DNA from: a virus
Length of the DNA: 45,531 bases
Strand: one strand, 5' to 3'
IMG/VR virus record: IMGVR_UViG_3300021440_000007
Location: 1 to 45,531 of that record
A model generated the notes under the pieces. That model made no database searches. It saw only the letters and a program-made list of their open reading frames with translations, and was not told where the DNA came from. Shown here one piece after another: positions 32,391 through 40,020 of this stretch. Position numbers and translations under genes: made by a program. Numbering within the stretch: position 1 is the stretch's first letter; the number at the start of each line of letters is the position of its first letter.

Positions 32391-34403
32391 ATGGATATCA
32401 ACTCCTTTGACACGGAAACTTTTTTGATTAGTCCCGGGTGTGGGGCCCCTCCTATGGTTACCCACCAGTGGAGGATCAACAAAGACCGGGCGGATATCAT
32501 CCACGCGAGGGACCCAGCAACCCGGAGGATAACCCAGGAACTCCTAGAGCGTACCTTCTTGAACGGCCATAACCTGGCCTTCGATATGGCGGTTCTGTGT
32601 GCGTACGATCCGGACTTCATTCCCTTGGTCTTCCGGGCCTACAATGAGAACCGGGCGGTATGTACAGCCATCCGAGAGAGGCTCCGGGACATTGCCGTGG
32701 GGGAGTTTGAAGGCCGCATCCCTGGCCAATCGGATGAAGAAGAACCCACCAAGCGCAAGTGGGGTTACTCCCTAGCGGAGGTGGCTCTCCGGAACTCGGA
32801 CGGGGCGATCATCCTGGACAAGACCGATCCTTGGAGGCTTCGGTATGGCACGCTCTACCACACTCCGCTTTCTGAGTTCCCTCCGGAAGCCCTCAACTAT
32901 GCCCTTCTAGATGCGGAGACCCAGGGGGAAGTCTTCCACCTCCAGAGCCACCGGATTGATCCGAGCTTCTTGGAAGATCAGTACCGACAGTCCCGCGCGG
33001 CCTTCTGGATTCAACTTATGCAACTGTGGGGTATCCGAACGGACCCGGTAGCGGTTGCGAAGTTCCACCAAGCCACACTGGCCGAGTATGAGAAGGATAA
33101 GCAAATCCTGATTGATAACCTCCTAGTTAGAGCCCGGAGCATCAAAGGAAAGAAAGCCGGGAGCCGGGACACCAAGTTGGCCATGGAGCACATGGTCTCC
33201 GTCATGCGTAACTTACAAGAGGATCTAATCCTCACGGAGACGGGAGAGGAACTCCGAGCCGAACGGGAGAAGGTCTTGGGCCGCCCTGTTACCCCTTGGG
33301 AAATCTGGGAGACTGAAAAGAAATACGTGAACCTATCGGAGGACGCGGTATTGGCCACGGCCGATCCGTTGCTTCTCTCCTACCAACAATACGGCTCCCT
33401 CCAGACCACACTCAGTAGGGCCGAACGGCTGTATAAAGGAACGGAGCTTCCTCTCCAAGCCCAACACCAAACTATCGTAGCCACGGGCCGGACCTCCTGC
33501 CGTATGGGGGAGGTGGAGCCCGGAGTCTCTCCTCCTAGCTGGGGCTTCCAGCTCCAAAACATTCCGACTAAGCCCGGGCTCCGAGAGTGTTTCATCCCCC
33601 GGCCGGGGCGGTTGTTTTGCTCCGTGGATTACGACGGTATGGAGCTACGCGCATGGGCCCAGGTGTGCCTATGGTCCGTGGGGTTCTCCCGCCTTGCAGA
33701 GGTTCTCAATGCTGGCCAAGACCCCCACACGGAGTTAGGGGCCTCGGTTGCTGGGATCACGAAAGCCCAGGCTTACGAGTTGATGAAGCTCGGGGATAAG
33801 ATCTTCAAGAACGAGCACAGACAAACCGCCAAGATTGGTAACTTTGGGTTTCAAGGGGGTATGGGCCCCAAAGCCTTCAGAACCCAAGCCCGGAAGGAAT
33901 ACCGGGTCAAGCTCTCCTTGGAGACCTGTAAGACTCTCCGGAGCTTGTGGCTTGAAGAGTGGCCGGAGGGGCCCGCCTACTTTGAGTGGATAAACAGTCT
34001 GTGTGGAAACGGCCTAGCTACGATCCAACACTTTCTCTCCCACCGTATCCGCGGATATATCAAGTACACGGTAACGTGTAACTCCTTCTTTCAAGGGCTA
34101 GCCGCGGACGCGGCCAAGGCCGCCGGTTGGCAACTGGCTTACGAGTGTTACGTAGATACCTCCAGCCCCCTCTACGGATGCCGGATCGTGGCGTTCATCC
34201 ATGACGAGTTCATTATAGAGGTCCCCGACCACCCCGAGCGGGCCCACCTTGCAGCCTACCGAATGCGGCAAATCATGGTGGACGTGGCCCAGAGCTGGAT
34301 ACCTCAAGTCCAGATCACGGCAAGCCCGGCGCTATCCCGCAAATGGACCAAGGGAGTAAAGACCGTCCACGATGCCCACGGCCTACTAGTCTGTGGGGAC
34401 TAG
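32391..34403 (+). CDS. polA: Family A DNA polymerase with 3'-5' exonuclease domain and no 5' nuclease domain
   Basis: 670 aa. Exo I SFDTETF, Exo II GHNLAFDM, Exo III NYALLDAE. Pol motif A VDYDGMELR, motif B RQTAKIGNFGFQGGMG, motif C FIHDEF. Confidence 0.85.
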   Translation: MDINSFDTETFLISPGCGAPPMVTHQWRINKDRADIIHARDPATRRITQELLERTFLNGHNLAFDMAVLCAYDPDFIPLVFRAYNENRAVCTAIRERLRDIAVGEFEGRIPGQSDEEEPTKRKWGYSLAEVALRNSDGAIILDKTDPWRLRYGTLYHTPLSEFPPEALNYALLDAETQGEVFHLQSHRIDPSFLEDQYRQSRAAFWIQLMQLWGIRTDPVAVAKFHQATLAEYEKDKQILIDNLLVRARSIKGKKAGSRDTKLAMEHMVSVMRNLQEDLILTETGEELRAEREKVLGRPVTPWEIWETEKKYVNLSEDAVLATADPLLLSYQQYGSLQTTLSRAERLYKGTELPLQAQHQTIVATGRTSCRMGEVEPGVSPPSWGFQLQNIPTKPGLRECFIPRPGRLFCSVDYDGMELRAWAQVCLWSVGFSRLAEVLNAGQDPHTELGASVAGITKAQAYELMKLGDKIFKNEHRQTAKIGNFGFQGGMGPKAFRTQARKEYRVKLSLETCKTLRSLWLEEWPEGPAYFEWINSLCGNGLATIQHFLSHRIRGYIKYTVTCNSFFQGLAADAAKAAGWQLAYECYVDTSSPLYGCRIVAFIHDEFIIEVPDHPERAHLAAYRMRQIMVDVAQSWIPQVQITASPALSRKWTKGVKTVHDAHGLLVCGD

Positions 34404-34409
34404 GAGAGT

Positions 34410-34916
34410 ATGCTAATCAAAGAACACGGACTGAAGATCTGTACCATAGACCCCGGGCGTAACCTCGGGTGGGCTTGTTGGTATAGCCGGGACTTGATCG
34501 CATGTGGCCTTACAAGGTCCCGGCTCAAGGAGGTGGGCGGGCTCGGACTAGCTCTAGCGGAGGGTATCCCCGTGGGAGCCGATCGGGTGTACGTGGAGCA
34601 AATGGTCCACTATCCCGGTAAGACCCGATCCAAACAACGGGAGGAGGCCCAGCCCAATGATCTGATCCAGGTCACGGCCCTTGGGGCGATCGTGGCCGGT
34701 CGCATCGACGCAAAGGAGATCCATTACCTCCCGGCTATCAAGTGGAAGGGTACTCGGCCCACGGAGGGGGTCATTGAAAAGATCGTGGACAAGACCTTAG
34801 GCGCGGAGGAAACCGCGATCTATGAAGCGGCAATGGAGGCCACCCCTCGGAGCCTCCGGCATAACATTGTGGACGCTGTAGCCATTGGGCTGTGGCTCCA
34901 TGGGAGGATGCGTTGA
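34410..34916 (+). CDS. RuvC-like Holliday junction resolvase
   Basis: 168 aa. ICTIDPGRNLGWA (Asp), VYVEQM (Glu) and HNIVDAVAIGLW (His/Asp), in RuvC order. Confidence 0.55.
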   Translation: MLIKEHGLKICTIDPGRNLGWACWYSRDLIACGLTRSRLKEVGGLGLALAEGIPVGADRVYVEQMVHYPGKTRSKQREEAQPNDLIQVTALGAIVAGRIDAKEIHYLPAIKWKGTRPTEGVIEKIVDKTLGAEETAIYEAAMEATPRSLRHNIVDAVAIGLWLHGRMR

Positions 34917-35542
34917 TGGATACCCCCGTGTGTAAACAGTGTGATGGAGTTCGTTACCTTCCTGTGAATGCTTTAGACCACCAAGCTGGGATCGTTCGGC
35001 CTTGTGAGGCTTGCAATCCCAAGGGGGAACTCCCGTGCTCTTGGACCTACACCGGCCAGAACGCCCAGAGCCCCGAACTATGCTCCATGTGCCGGGGAGC
35101 CATGAACCAACACGCGGCCCCCTTGGTTTCCGAGGAGCCAAAGCCCGCGTTTAGATCGGCTCCTTGGGCCAAGGCCCTATTGGTTTCAGAAGAACCAAAG
35201 CCCGGGGGTATTGAGATCACCAAGGAGGGGCACTTCCAACCGGCTAAGTCCTTGCTCCCCGTGGGGACAAAACACGACACAGGAAAGCCCCGCTTTGACT
35301 TGATGCCCCCGCGCGCGGAGTTGGCGGTTATCGAGGTCTTGGAGTTCGGAGCCCAGAAGTATGGTGTGGACAACTGGAGGAACGTACCCGAGGCCGAAGC
35401 CCGGTATTATTCAGCGCTCCGGCGCCACTTGAACGCATGGCGGGCCGGGGAGAAGAAAGATCCAGAATCGACCAAGACCCACTTGGCCCACGCCGCATGC
35501 TGTATTATCTTCCTCCTTGAGCTGGAACAAACCAAGGAGTAA
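34916..35542 (+). CDS. CxxC zinc-finger domain fused to a MazZ-like dATP/dGTP pyrophosphohydrolase domain
   Basis: TGATG-coupled start (MDTPVCKQCDG...). Three motifs: CKQCDG, CEACNPKG, CSMCRG. A duplicated LVSEEPKP follows. The C-domain GTKHDTGKPRFDLMPPRAELAVIEVLEFGAQKYGVDNWRNV...RHLNAWRAGEKKDPESTKTHLAHAACCIIFLLE matches my recollection of the phage dATP/dGTP diphosphohydrolase family. Confidence 0.6.
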   Translation: MDTPVCKQCDGVRYLPVNALDHQAGIVRPCEACNPKGELPCSWTYTGQNAQSPELCSMCRGAMNQHAAPLVSEEPKPAFRSAPWAKALLVSEEPKPGGIEITKEGHFQPAKSLLPVGTKHDTGKPRFDLMPPRAELAVIEVLEFGAQKYGVDNWRNVPEAEARYYSALRRHLNAWRAGEKKDPESTKTHLAHAACCIIFLLELEQTKE

Positions 35543-35547
35543 GGCCC

Positions 35548-36411
35548 GTGAAACAAGAGTATGTGGAGAAACGGTTCAACCGGAAGTCCAACCGGATGAT
35601 CGAAACCGCAGAACAGATCATCCAGAAGTACCAATCCATAGACCTCCGGCTTACCCTCCGGCAACTCTATTACCAGTTCGTAGCCCACCACGGACTCCCC
35701 AACACGGAGAAGAGTTACAAGAACCTGGGCCGGTTGATCTCGGATGCGCGGTTGGCCGGACGCATTGACTGGAACGCGATTGAAGACCGCGGCCGGGTTC
35801 CAGATAGTCCCCCGGATTGGGACTCCGCGGAGGAGGTTGTGGAGGCCGCCTTACACCAGTTCCGCCTACCCCGCCGGGCCGATCAAGACGCGTATGTGGA
35901 GCTGTGGGTGGAGAAGCAAGCTCTAGCCGGTGTGTTGGAGCCCGTAGCCCGGCGCCACCATATTACCTTGATGGTGAACAAGGGGTATTCCAGCCAAAGC
36001 GCCATGTATGAAAGTGCCCAGCGGTACCTCCGGCACAAAGATAAAACCCCCGTGCTTCTCTACCTGGGGGATCACGATCCCAGTGGGGAGGATATGGTCC
36101 GGGATATTGGAGCCCGGCTCCGGACCTTCCGGGTGGACTTCATCGAAGTAACCAAGGTGGCGCTTACCATGGCCCAGGTAAAGCAGCACAACCCACCACC
36201 CAACCCGGCTAAGCTCTCCGACTCCCGAGCCAGTAAGTACATCCGGAAGCACGGAGCTAGCTCTTGGGAGGTAGACGCATTGGACCCGGAGACCCTTGTG
36301 GCCCTGATTGAAAAGGAGATCTTGGCCCACACCCAGGTCCGCCGGTTCCTCAATGTAATCAAGGAGGAAAAGCTCCAGGTGGCCAACGTCCGAAAGGCCC
36401 TAGGCCTATGA
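35548..36411 (+). CDS. Spo11 / topoisomerase VI subunit A-like protein (5Y-CAP + Toprim only; Mini-A-type)
   Basis: 287 aa. The GTG start follows AAGGAG. Motifs LTLRQLYYQF, YVELWVEKQALAGVL and VLLYLGDHDPSGEDMV occur in Top6A order. Confidence 0.55.
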   Translation: MKQEYVEKRFNRKSNRMIETAEQIIQKYQSIDLRLTLRQLYYQFVAHHGLPNTEKSYKNLGRLISDARLAGRIDWNAIEDRGRVPDSPPDWDSAEEVVEAALHQFRLPRRADQDAYVELWVEKQALAGVLEPVARRHHITLMVNKGYSSQSAMYESAQRYLRHKDKTPVLLYLGDHDPSGEDMVRDIGARLRTFRVDFIEVTKVALTMAQVKQHNPPPNPAKLSDSRASKYIRKHGASSWEVDALDPETLVALIEKEILAHTQVRRFLNVIKEEKLQVANVRKALGL

Positions 36412-36812
36412 GACTCACGGTTATTGAGTCCCCCTATGCTGGTAAGGTGGAGGAAAACCTGGCCTATCTGGACCAAGCTATCCTCCATTGCCTCCGCCGG
36501 AATGAGTCCCCCTATGCATCCCACAAGATGCTAACCACGGCCCTAAACGATAACATCCCCGTGGAGCGCCGGTTGGGGATAGACGCGGGCTTGGCCTTCC
36601 GCCGCCACATGCATAACCGAGCTTTCTACATTGACCTTGGTTGGTCGGGAGGGATGGAGGCCGCGCTCCGGCTTTACCTCCGGGAAGGCCTAACCTTTGA
36701 ACTCCGAACCATCTACGGGGAAATGGTTTGGGAGTCTTGCCGTACCGCATTCACCCCGGGGCTCCTCGGTATGGATAGGTGCATACAACACGTCAAGGGG
36801 ATACACCTATGA
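36408..36812 (+). CDS. Hypothetical protein, possibly with a nucleoside 2-deoxyribosyltransferase-like fold (DUF4406-like)
   Basis: 134 aa, ATGA-coupled. TVIESPYAGKVEENLAYLDQA...ESPYASHKML...DNIPVERRLGIDAGL...GWSGGMEAAL resembles a pattern I recall for that family. Weak call. Confidence 0.3.
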   Translation: MRLTVIESPYAGKVEENLAYLDQAILHCLRRNESPYASHKMLTTALNDNIPVERRLGIDAGLAFRRHMHNRAFYIDLGWSGGMEAALRLYLREGLTFELRTIYGEMVWESCRTAFTPGLLGMDRCIQHVKGIHL

Positions 36813-37429
36813 AGCCCACCGAAAGCCAACTAACCGCGCTCCTGATTACCTCCGAGGGTAAGAATCAAATCCAGGTAGCTTTCCAAGAGGCCTCGGATAC
36901 CCTCCAGGGAGTCCAGAGCTTCCCGTGTGAAGTGGACTCGGACGTGGCGGACTTGTCGGAAATCCTCGGGGTGGTCCGAGCCCGGCTCAAGGAGCTGGAG
37001 GAAGATCGGACCTCCATTACCAAGCCCCTGAATGCTGCGAAGCGGGCCGTGGATGCGTTCTTCAACCCCACGATCAAGCTCCTGGAGAAAGCGGAGGAGA
37101 CCATCCGGCAGAAGATCAACACCTTTGCTAGCACTCGCGAGCAAGCCCGGCAGAAGGCCCTAGCCGAAGCCCGGGAGGCGGCCCGGCTAGCTCTCCCCCC
37201 ACCGGTACCCGTGTTGGCTTTGGAGCCCCCTCCGGTGCCTTCGGGAATCTACTTCAAGCCCGTGTGGACCTGGGCCGTGGCCGATATCCACCAAGTCCCC
37301 CGGGAGTTCCTTATGGTCAACCCGATGGCCGTGGAGGCTTTGCTGGCCCCCTTCAAGGACTCCGAGCAAGTCCCGCAAGTCCCAGGCTTCACCTTCACAA
37401 GAGAACAACGGCTAGTGCCGAAAGGATAA
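36809..37429 (+). CDS. Coiled-coil protein of unknown function (architecture loosely like Mu Gam / DUF1351)
   Basis: ATGA-coupled start MKPTES..., 206 aa. A long helical segment is followed by a Pro-rich linker and a small C-domain. Confidence 0.5.
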   Translation: MKPTESQLTALLITSEGKNQIQVAFQEASDTLQGVQSFPCEVDSDVADLSEILGVVRARLKELEEDRTSITKPLNAAKRAVDAFFNPTIKLLEKAEETIRQKINTFASTREQARQKALAEAREAARLALPPPVPVLALEPPPVPSGIYFKPVWTWAVADIHQVPREFLMVNPMAVEALLAPFKDSEQVPQVPGFTFTREQRLVPKG

Positions 37430-37434
37430 CCCCC

Positions 37435-37791
37435 GTGGAACCATTGATCGGATACTGTCTAGCCCACTGGGCTCTAGAGCACTTGAACAAGACCGGTGCT
37501 CAAATCTTGGCTTTGGCCGGAGGGGAGCTGGAAAGCCGTGTACGGTTGAATAGCCACGGATACGTGGTGAGTATCTATACCGATCCCCCGGTGGGGTTCC
37601 GTCCCTACCCACGCACCACCCTAACGGTAAGAAACCCAGAGGGTAAGAACTTTGAGGCCTCAATCCTGTGGAGCCCGTTTGGGTTAGAAGACCCCGGCCG
37701 GGAAAGGATCGAAGGGTTGAAAATCCGGGGCTTACACCGGGCCGTTTTTCATGGGGTAGCTACCTACCAGGAAGGACAACCCAATGGATAA
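37435..37791 (+). CDS. Hypothetical protein (GTG start)
   Basis: In-frame part of ORF 37264-37791 beginning after the previous stop. AAAGGA lies about 9 nt upstream. 118 aa. Confidence 0.45.
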   Translation: MEPLIGYCLAHWALEHLNKTGAQILALAGGELESRVRLNSHGYVVSIYTDPPVGFRPYPRTTLTVRNPEGKNFEASILWSPFGLEDPGRERIEGLKIRGLHRAVFHGVATYQEGQPNG

Positions 37792-37972
37792 CTTTGAGAT
37801 CCACGCGTACCGGTCAAAAGAAACAGGGGAGTGGTGTTTCCGAATCACTTTCCAGAGGTGTGACGAGAAGGAGATCCAGTTGGGCTGGGCCGACCTACGC
37901 ACCTTGTTGGCGGGAGCCGGACCCCAGAACATTATCTCCACGTTGGCCTATCTGGCCCGATTACATGAATAA
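37784..37972 (+). CDS. Small hypothetical protein
   Basis: 62 aa, overlapping the previous stop by 8 nt. Confidence 0.45.
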   Translation: MDNFEIHAYRSKETGEWCFRITFQRCDEKEIQLGWADLRTLLAGAGPQNIISTLAYLARLHE

Positions 37973-38062
37973 CTATCAGGTACACAGCCCCCGCCGGAAG
38001 CCCGGCAACGGGGCGGAGTTCTTTGGAGACTACGCGTGTAGTCGGTGTGGTAAGGACCTGGC

Positions 38063-38716
38063 CTAGTACCGCACGCCTTTTTGGCTCGGGTCCCAAACCT
38101 CGGGGATAGCCCGTCCATCATCTTCCGTAAGGCTGGGGATACACTTCAGGCCGAGCTTGCCCACACAATGGGCCAAGGCCACCTTTTGCCACAGCTCCCA
38201 GCCGGGATCGGCCGGTCGGGTCCCGCTTGATTGCCGGTGGGCTAGGACAAACTGGATACGGGCACCCCACCGGGTGGCACGCTCTAGGAGTTCGTCCACG
38301 GCCGCACACGCGGAAGCCACCACCAAGTCCGTTACAACGCTGGCCTTAGCCTGGCCTCCGGGGGCCGTGGGGTGCTTCGGGGAGCCCAGGAAAGCCCCTT
38401 CAATCTCAATGCCCAGGGAACGCGCGTTGAACCCATTGGCGTGGTTGATGTACCAAGACACGGGATTGGGTAGGACCACCGTCCCGTCCGCAAAGGCCAG
38501 AGCGTGGCAAGCCACTTGAAGGGCCCGCCGGTGCTTAGCGTCCGGATCGGCTTTGGGCCCAAACTCAATCGCCGTTTGATGGAGGCAAATGGAGTCCACG
38601 TTCTGGGGCTTGCGCTCCAAGACCTTGCCCCCCACAAGCCGGTGTTTGTGCTTACCCCCGTACGCGGGAGGTGGGTTGGGTTGGTCTTTGGTGAGATCCA
38701 AGATCGTGATTGGCAC
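38063..38716 (-). CDS. Endolysin: N-acetylmuramoyl-L-alanine amidase (T7 lysozyme/PGRP type)
   Basis: 217 aa. ICLHQTA, NHANGFNARSLGIEIEG and FVLAHRQSSGTRPADPG follow the amidase_2 pattern. It is the last gene of the late arm. Confidence 0.7.
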   Translation of the reverse strand: MPITILDLTKDQPNPPPAYGGKHKHRLVGGKVLERKPQNVDSICLHQTAIEFGPKADPDAKHRRALQVACHALAFADGTVVLPNPVSWYINHANGFNARSLGIEIEGAFLGSPKHPTAPGGQAKASVVTDLVVASACAAVDELLERATRWGARIQFVLAHRQSSGTRPADPGWELWQKVALAHCVGKLGLKCIPSLTEDDGRAIPEVWDPSQKGVRY

Positions 38717-38722
38717 TTGCGA

Positions 38723-39133
38723 TTAGCCTCCGGTTTTTACAGCATTGAAAGGGGGTGGGGTTGTAGTTCGGGAAAGTTCATAGATACGCCGGTCTTGCGT
38801 CTCCAGCCTCTTGGAGAGTTCTGCGATTTGCCCCGGGCACATAGCGTGCTCCTTGCGGAGGGTCTCAAGGTCTGCCGCCACCTTGTGCACAAGCTGGAGA
38901 CACTCCTGGTGAGAGTCTCTAGACTCTTGGAGTTCCTTCCGCTCGGCCCCCAGGAGGCTGTGGAGTTCGGTTACGAGGAGCTTACGTTCCTCCGTGGCGG
39001 AGTGGACCTTAGCCAACTCCCGGGCATCTAGATCAGATTGAGCCCGGCCCCGGTTCTTGATCATTTGATGGATCGCTGTACCCAGCCCTAGGGAGCCTAG
39101 GAGAGAGCCGATAATCTCGGGGGAAACTTCCAT
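38723..39133 (-). CDS. Lysis-associated membrane protein (N-terminal TM plus coiled coil; holin- or i-spanin-like)
   Basis: Trimmed to MEVSPEIIGSLLGSLGLGTAIHQMI..., with AAGGAG 6 nt upstream. 136 aa, adjacent to the amidase. Confidence 0.5.
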   Translation of the reverse strand: MEVSPEIIGSLLGSLGLGTAIHQMIKNRGRAQSDLDARELAKVHSATEERKLLVTELHSLLGAERKELQESRDSHQECLQLVHKVAADLETLRKEHAMCPGQIAELSKRLETQDRRIYELSRTTTPPPFNAVKTGG

Positions 39134-39146
39134 GATGGACTCCTTT

Positions 39147-39986
39147 TCACGGACCGCGCGCGTACAGATCGGTGTAGACGATTTCCAAAGCACGTACCCG
39201 ATCGGGAAAACTGGTGGCGGTATCTCCGCCCCACACATGAACTTGGAGCGTGGTGGTGGCCCGGTTTAGGGCAAACGAAATAGCCCCGGAGTCCATCCTT
39301 TGTTCATTGGTGGTTCCATCATCCTCCGCGTATTCCGTGAAGCTCGGGGAGCCGGGGGAAGTGGGGGTGGTGAAGTTGGGGGCATAGGAGAACAACCGGA
39401 AAAACATCCGGCCATTATCCCCGGGGTTAGTCGTTTGGGCCGTTCGGGCCGCTCCCGGTTTCACCAACACACGGAGGCTGGTAATAGTCCCCAGGGTTGG
39501 AATCAAATGAGAAAGATCGAACGAGTAGAAAGGACCCGAGGCCCCTTTATCTTCATTGATCGTTACGTACGCGCTCCCGGGTACGGTCGGGGGGTACGCT
39601 GCGAAGTTGTGAGGCCGGGCGGAGAGGGCCGAAATACGGAGCGTTCGGGTACGGGCTCCGGCCGCTCCAGCTCCGTCTCCATAGGTGATCTCCCCGGCCG
39701 CGCTATCCACTCGCAACGTGGTGTTTCGGAAGTTGTGAACTCCGGTCCAGTTGAAGGCCGCCCCAAGGAATGCGGACTCCGCCGGAAGGTTGTCCAGGTA
39801 TTGGGTCCACTGGCCCAATAGGTTGAACATCCAGTTATACCACTTGGCGGGAGCCGAACGCCCGGACTGGTTTCCCTGGGCTATATCCCCGGCGCTAGGC
39901 TTTAGCTTGGTGTCTTGCCCGATCTGGGTCCCAGCGGTCTGGGTAGCGTCGGTGGCCCACGTTACGGGCTCGGCTGGTTTTGCCAT
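39147..39986 (-). CDS. Tail fibre / receptor-binding protein
   Basis: 279 aa, last structural gene. The N-terminus ...PSAGDIAQGNQSGRSAPAKWYNWMFNLLGQWTQYL resembles the conserved fibre N-terminal attachment motif. Confidence 0.55.
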   Translation of the reverse strand: MAKPAEPVTWATDATQTAGTQIGQDTKLKPSAGDIAQGNQSGRSAPAKWYNWMFNLLGQWTQYLDNLPAESAFLGAAFNWTGVHNFRNTTLRVDSAAGEITYGDGAGAAGARTRTLRISALSARPHNFAAYPPTVPGSAYVTINEDKGASGPFYSFDLSHLIPTLGTITSLRVLVKPGAARTAQTTNPGDNGRMFFRLFSYAPNFTTPTSPGSPSFTEYAEDDGTTNEQRMDSGAISFALNRATTTLQVHVWGGDTATSFPDRVRALEIVYTDLYARGP

Positions 39987-40020
39987 GGTGAAACCCTATC
40001 CCGGGAGCTAGGTCCCGTCA

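Noticed and set aside
34916-35542. Whether the MazZ-like enzyme next to PolA indicates a 2-aminoadenine (Z-base) genome.
   Set aside because: I could recognise no PurZ (adenylosuccinate-synthetase-like) or DatZ (HD dATPase) ORF in the complete genome. Only profile searches and nucleoside analysis could fully exclude it.
37966-38066. A 33-aa ORF (MNNYQVHSPRRKPGNGAEFFGDYACSRCGKDLA) at the end of the plus arm.
   Set aside because: It is too short and has no clear ribosome-binding site. It may be real (a CxxC motif and an overlap with the previous stop), but the sequence alone does not support it.
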